From assembly GCA_964016885.1 (NCBI GenBank), contig OZ024752.1:24800001-24864000 (forward strand): a DNA stretch of 64,000 bases, in the 5' to 3' direction. Of this stretch, positions 62,601 through 64,000 are shown piece after piece. Source of the DNA: Eledone cirrhosa. Lineage: Eukaryota. The notes below the pieces were generated by a model that was not told the DNA's origin, did no database searches, and worked only from the letters and a program-made list of their open reading frames with translations. A program made the position numbers and the translations under genes. Position 1 is the stretch's first letter. Each line of letters starts with the position of its first letter.

Positions 62601-62804
62601 TCAACAACCCTCTCAGAATAAGTGGACAAAGAAGAGATAGAAGAATAGATCAGAGAGAGATTTTAATTTCAAATGGAAATATATTTGTAAAAATGGCCAG
62701 CAATGTTTGGAGTCTATAAAACTGCCAAGTATTCACAGCTGATATTGGAGGAAAATACATTTAGATTTGTAAGAGGAAGGATGTCTCATGTTTCACAGTT
62801 AAAA

Positions 62805-63262
62805 ACTTTCCTTCCAGTGTTTGTCTAAGTAACTGTTAGAGAAAAGAGATTTCCCACATATTTCACAATGGAAGAGTTTCTCTCCAGTGTGTTCTTTTGT
62901 GTTCAATCAAATCAGTTACTGCCAAAATATTTCCCACACATTTCACAGAGACAGGGTTTTTCTCCTATGTGACTATGTAAGTGCCTAACAAGTTTAGTTT
63001 TCTCAGTGAAAGATTTCCCACATATTTCACAGTGACAGGGTTTGTCTTTAATATGTATGTGTTTGTCTGTAGATAATTCATCTTCTGATAAAGAAAGTTT
63101 TCCTACAAGTTTCACAGCTATATTCAGGAATATTTCTGTGCAATGATCCTTTTTCAGTACATGTTTCACAAGGTAAAGGTTTCTCACCACGGTATGTCTG
63201 TGTAACTGTATCTATATTGGTAGAAAGAGGTGTGGTAGAAATGTCCAAGTGTTTAACGTTCT
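62805..63262 (-). pseudogene. Frameshifted C2H2 zinc-finger gene, tandem paralogue of 60680-61345
   Basis: [31 protein letters not shown], a frameshift at ~63090, then [18 protein letters not shown]. Confidence 0.78.
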
Positions 63263-63420
63263 TTAAAATTTCAGAAAATAGATATGACTGTGTAAGACTG
63301 ATGTTGGGGTGAGAAAATATGTGTGTGTGTATATATAAATATATAATAATAATAATAAATGTGAAGACTAAAATCCAAAGAGGGCTGGATAAGGATAAAT
63401 ATATAAGAACCCGAGAGCAA

Positions 63421-63561
63421 ATATTCATTAAATAACAGATTAAAGTTTAAGCAAAGAATCGCTACTTTCCCCCTTAACGGGATCTTCTGAAACTCAAGAT
63501 CCCGTTAAGGGTGAAAGCAGCGATTCTTTGCTTAAACTTTAATCTGTTATTTAATAAATAT
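63421..63561. repeat. Near-perfect palindrome (66-bp arms, 9-nt loop)
   Basis: 63421-63486 vs 63496-63561, about 3 mismatches. Confidence 0.88.
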
Positions 63562-64000
63562 ATATTTGTTTTGCAAGGTGTCTATATTTATATCTGTATT
63601 TTTAACCCCTGGTCAATCGATGATAAACATTGATTGCCAGATAAATTAACTATAAGGATTTAAAAGATACAGAAGCGAAAACCAACCCAATCCAAACAGT
63701 GAGTGTGTTCTATTATTATTCTGGCAATATTATAACAATATGACCCTCCCCAAATATAACAATATTTTTACGTCACAACTTACTGCAGGCTACTGAAGAA
63801 ACTTGTGGCTGGAGCAGAGCTCCAACCAGACAGAGAGTGACCTGGTAGTGGAACAGCACAGTAGATAAGGCCATTAGAGACAAAAGACTAGCATGGAAGG
63901 CTTGGAAAAAGGGTGGGAGTAGAGAAGGATATACAGCCGCTAAGAGAGAAGCTAGATTTCAGGTGTACTTAGCACGCAGGGAGGCTGAGAGTAGGAGATT

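Overview
Eukaryotic, very AT-rich, repeat-dominated window. The kb-long (TA)n tracts, tandem C2H2 zinc-finger genes, RTE LINEs and tRNA-derived SINEs suggest a coleoid cephalopod such as an octopus (inference). Most ORFs in the track are microsatellite artefacts. Supportable content: (1) a near-intact Penelope-like retroelement of probable Naiad type (RT + GIY-YIG, one frameshift) with hammerhead-bearing pseudo-LTRs; (2) about 20 hammerhead ribozyme (HHR) motifs from at least six sequence families, including two non-coding retrozyme-like tandem arrays (~467-bp and 420-bp units) and fold-back structures whose junctions fall at hammerhead stem II; (3) CR1/L2-group, RTE and L1/Tx1-like LINE relics, a CsRn1-type Ty3/Gypsy relic, and a non-autonomous Helitron whose empty site survives in a paralogous segment; (4) four minus-strand C2H2-ZNF paralogues (one open, three disrupted) in duplicated or inverted cassettes; (5) several minisatellites and a 200-N gap. 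All structures were read by eye; no folding or database search was run.
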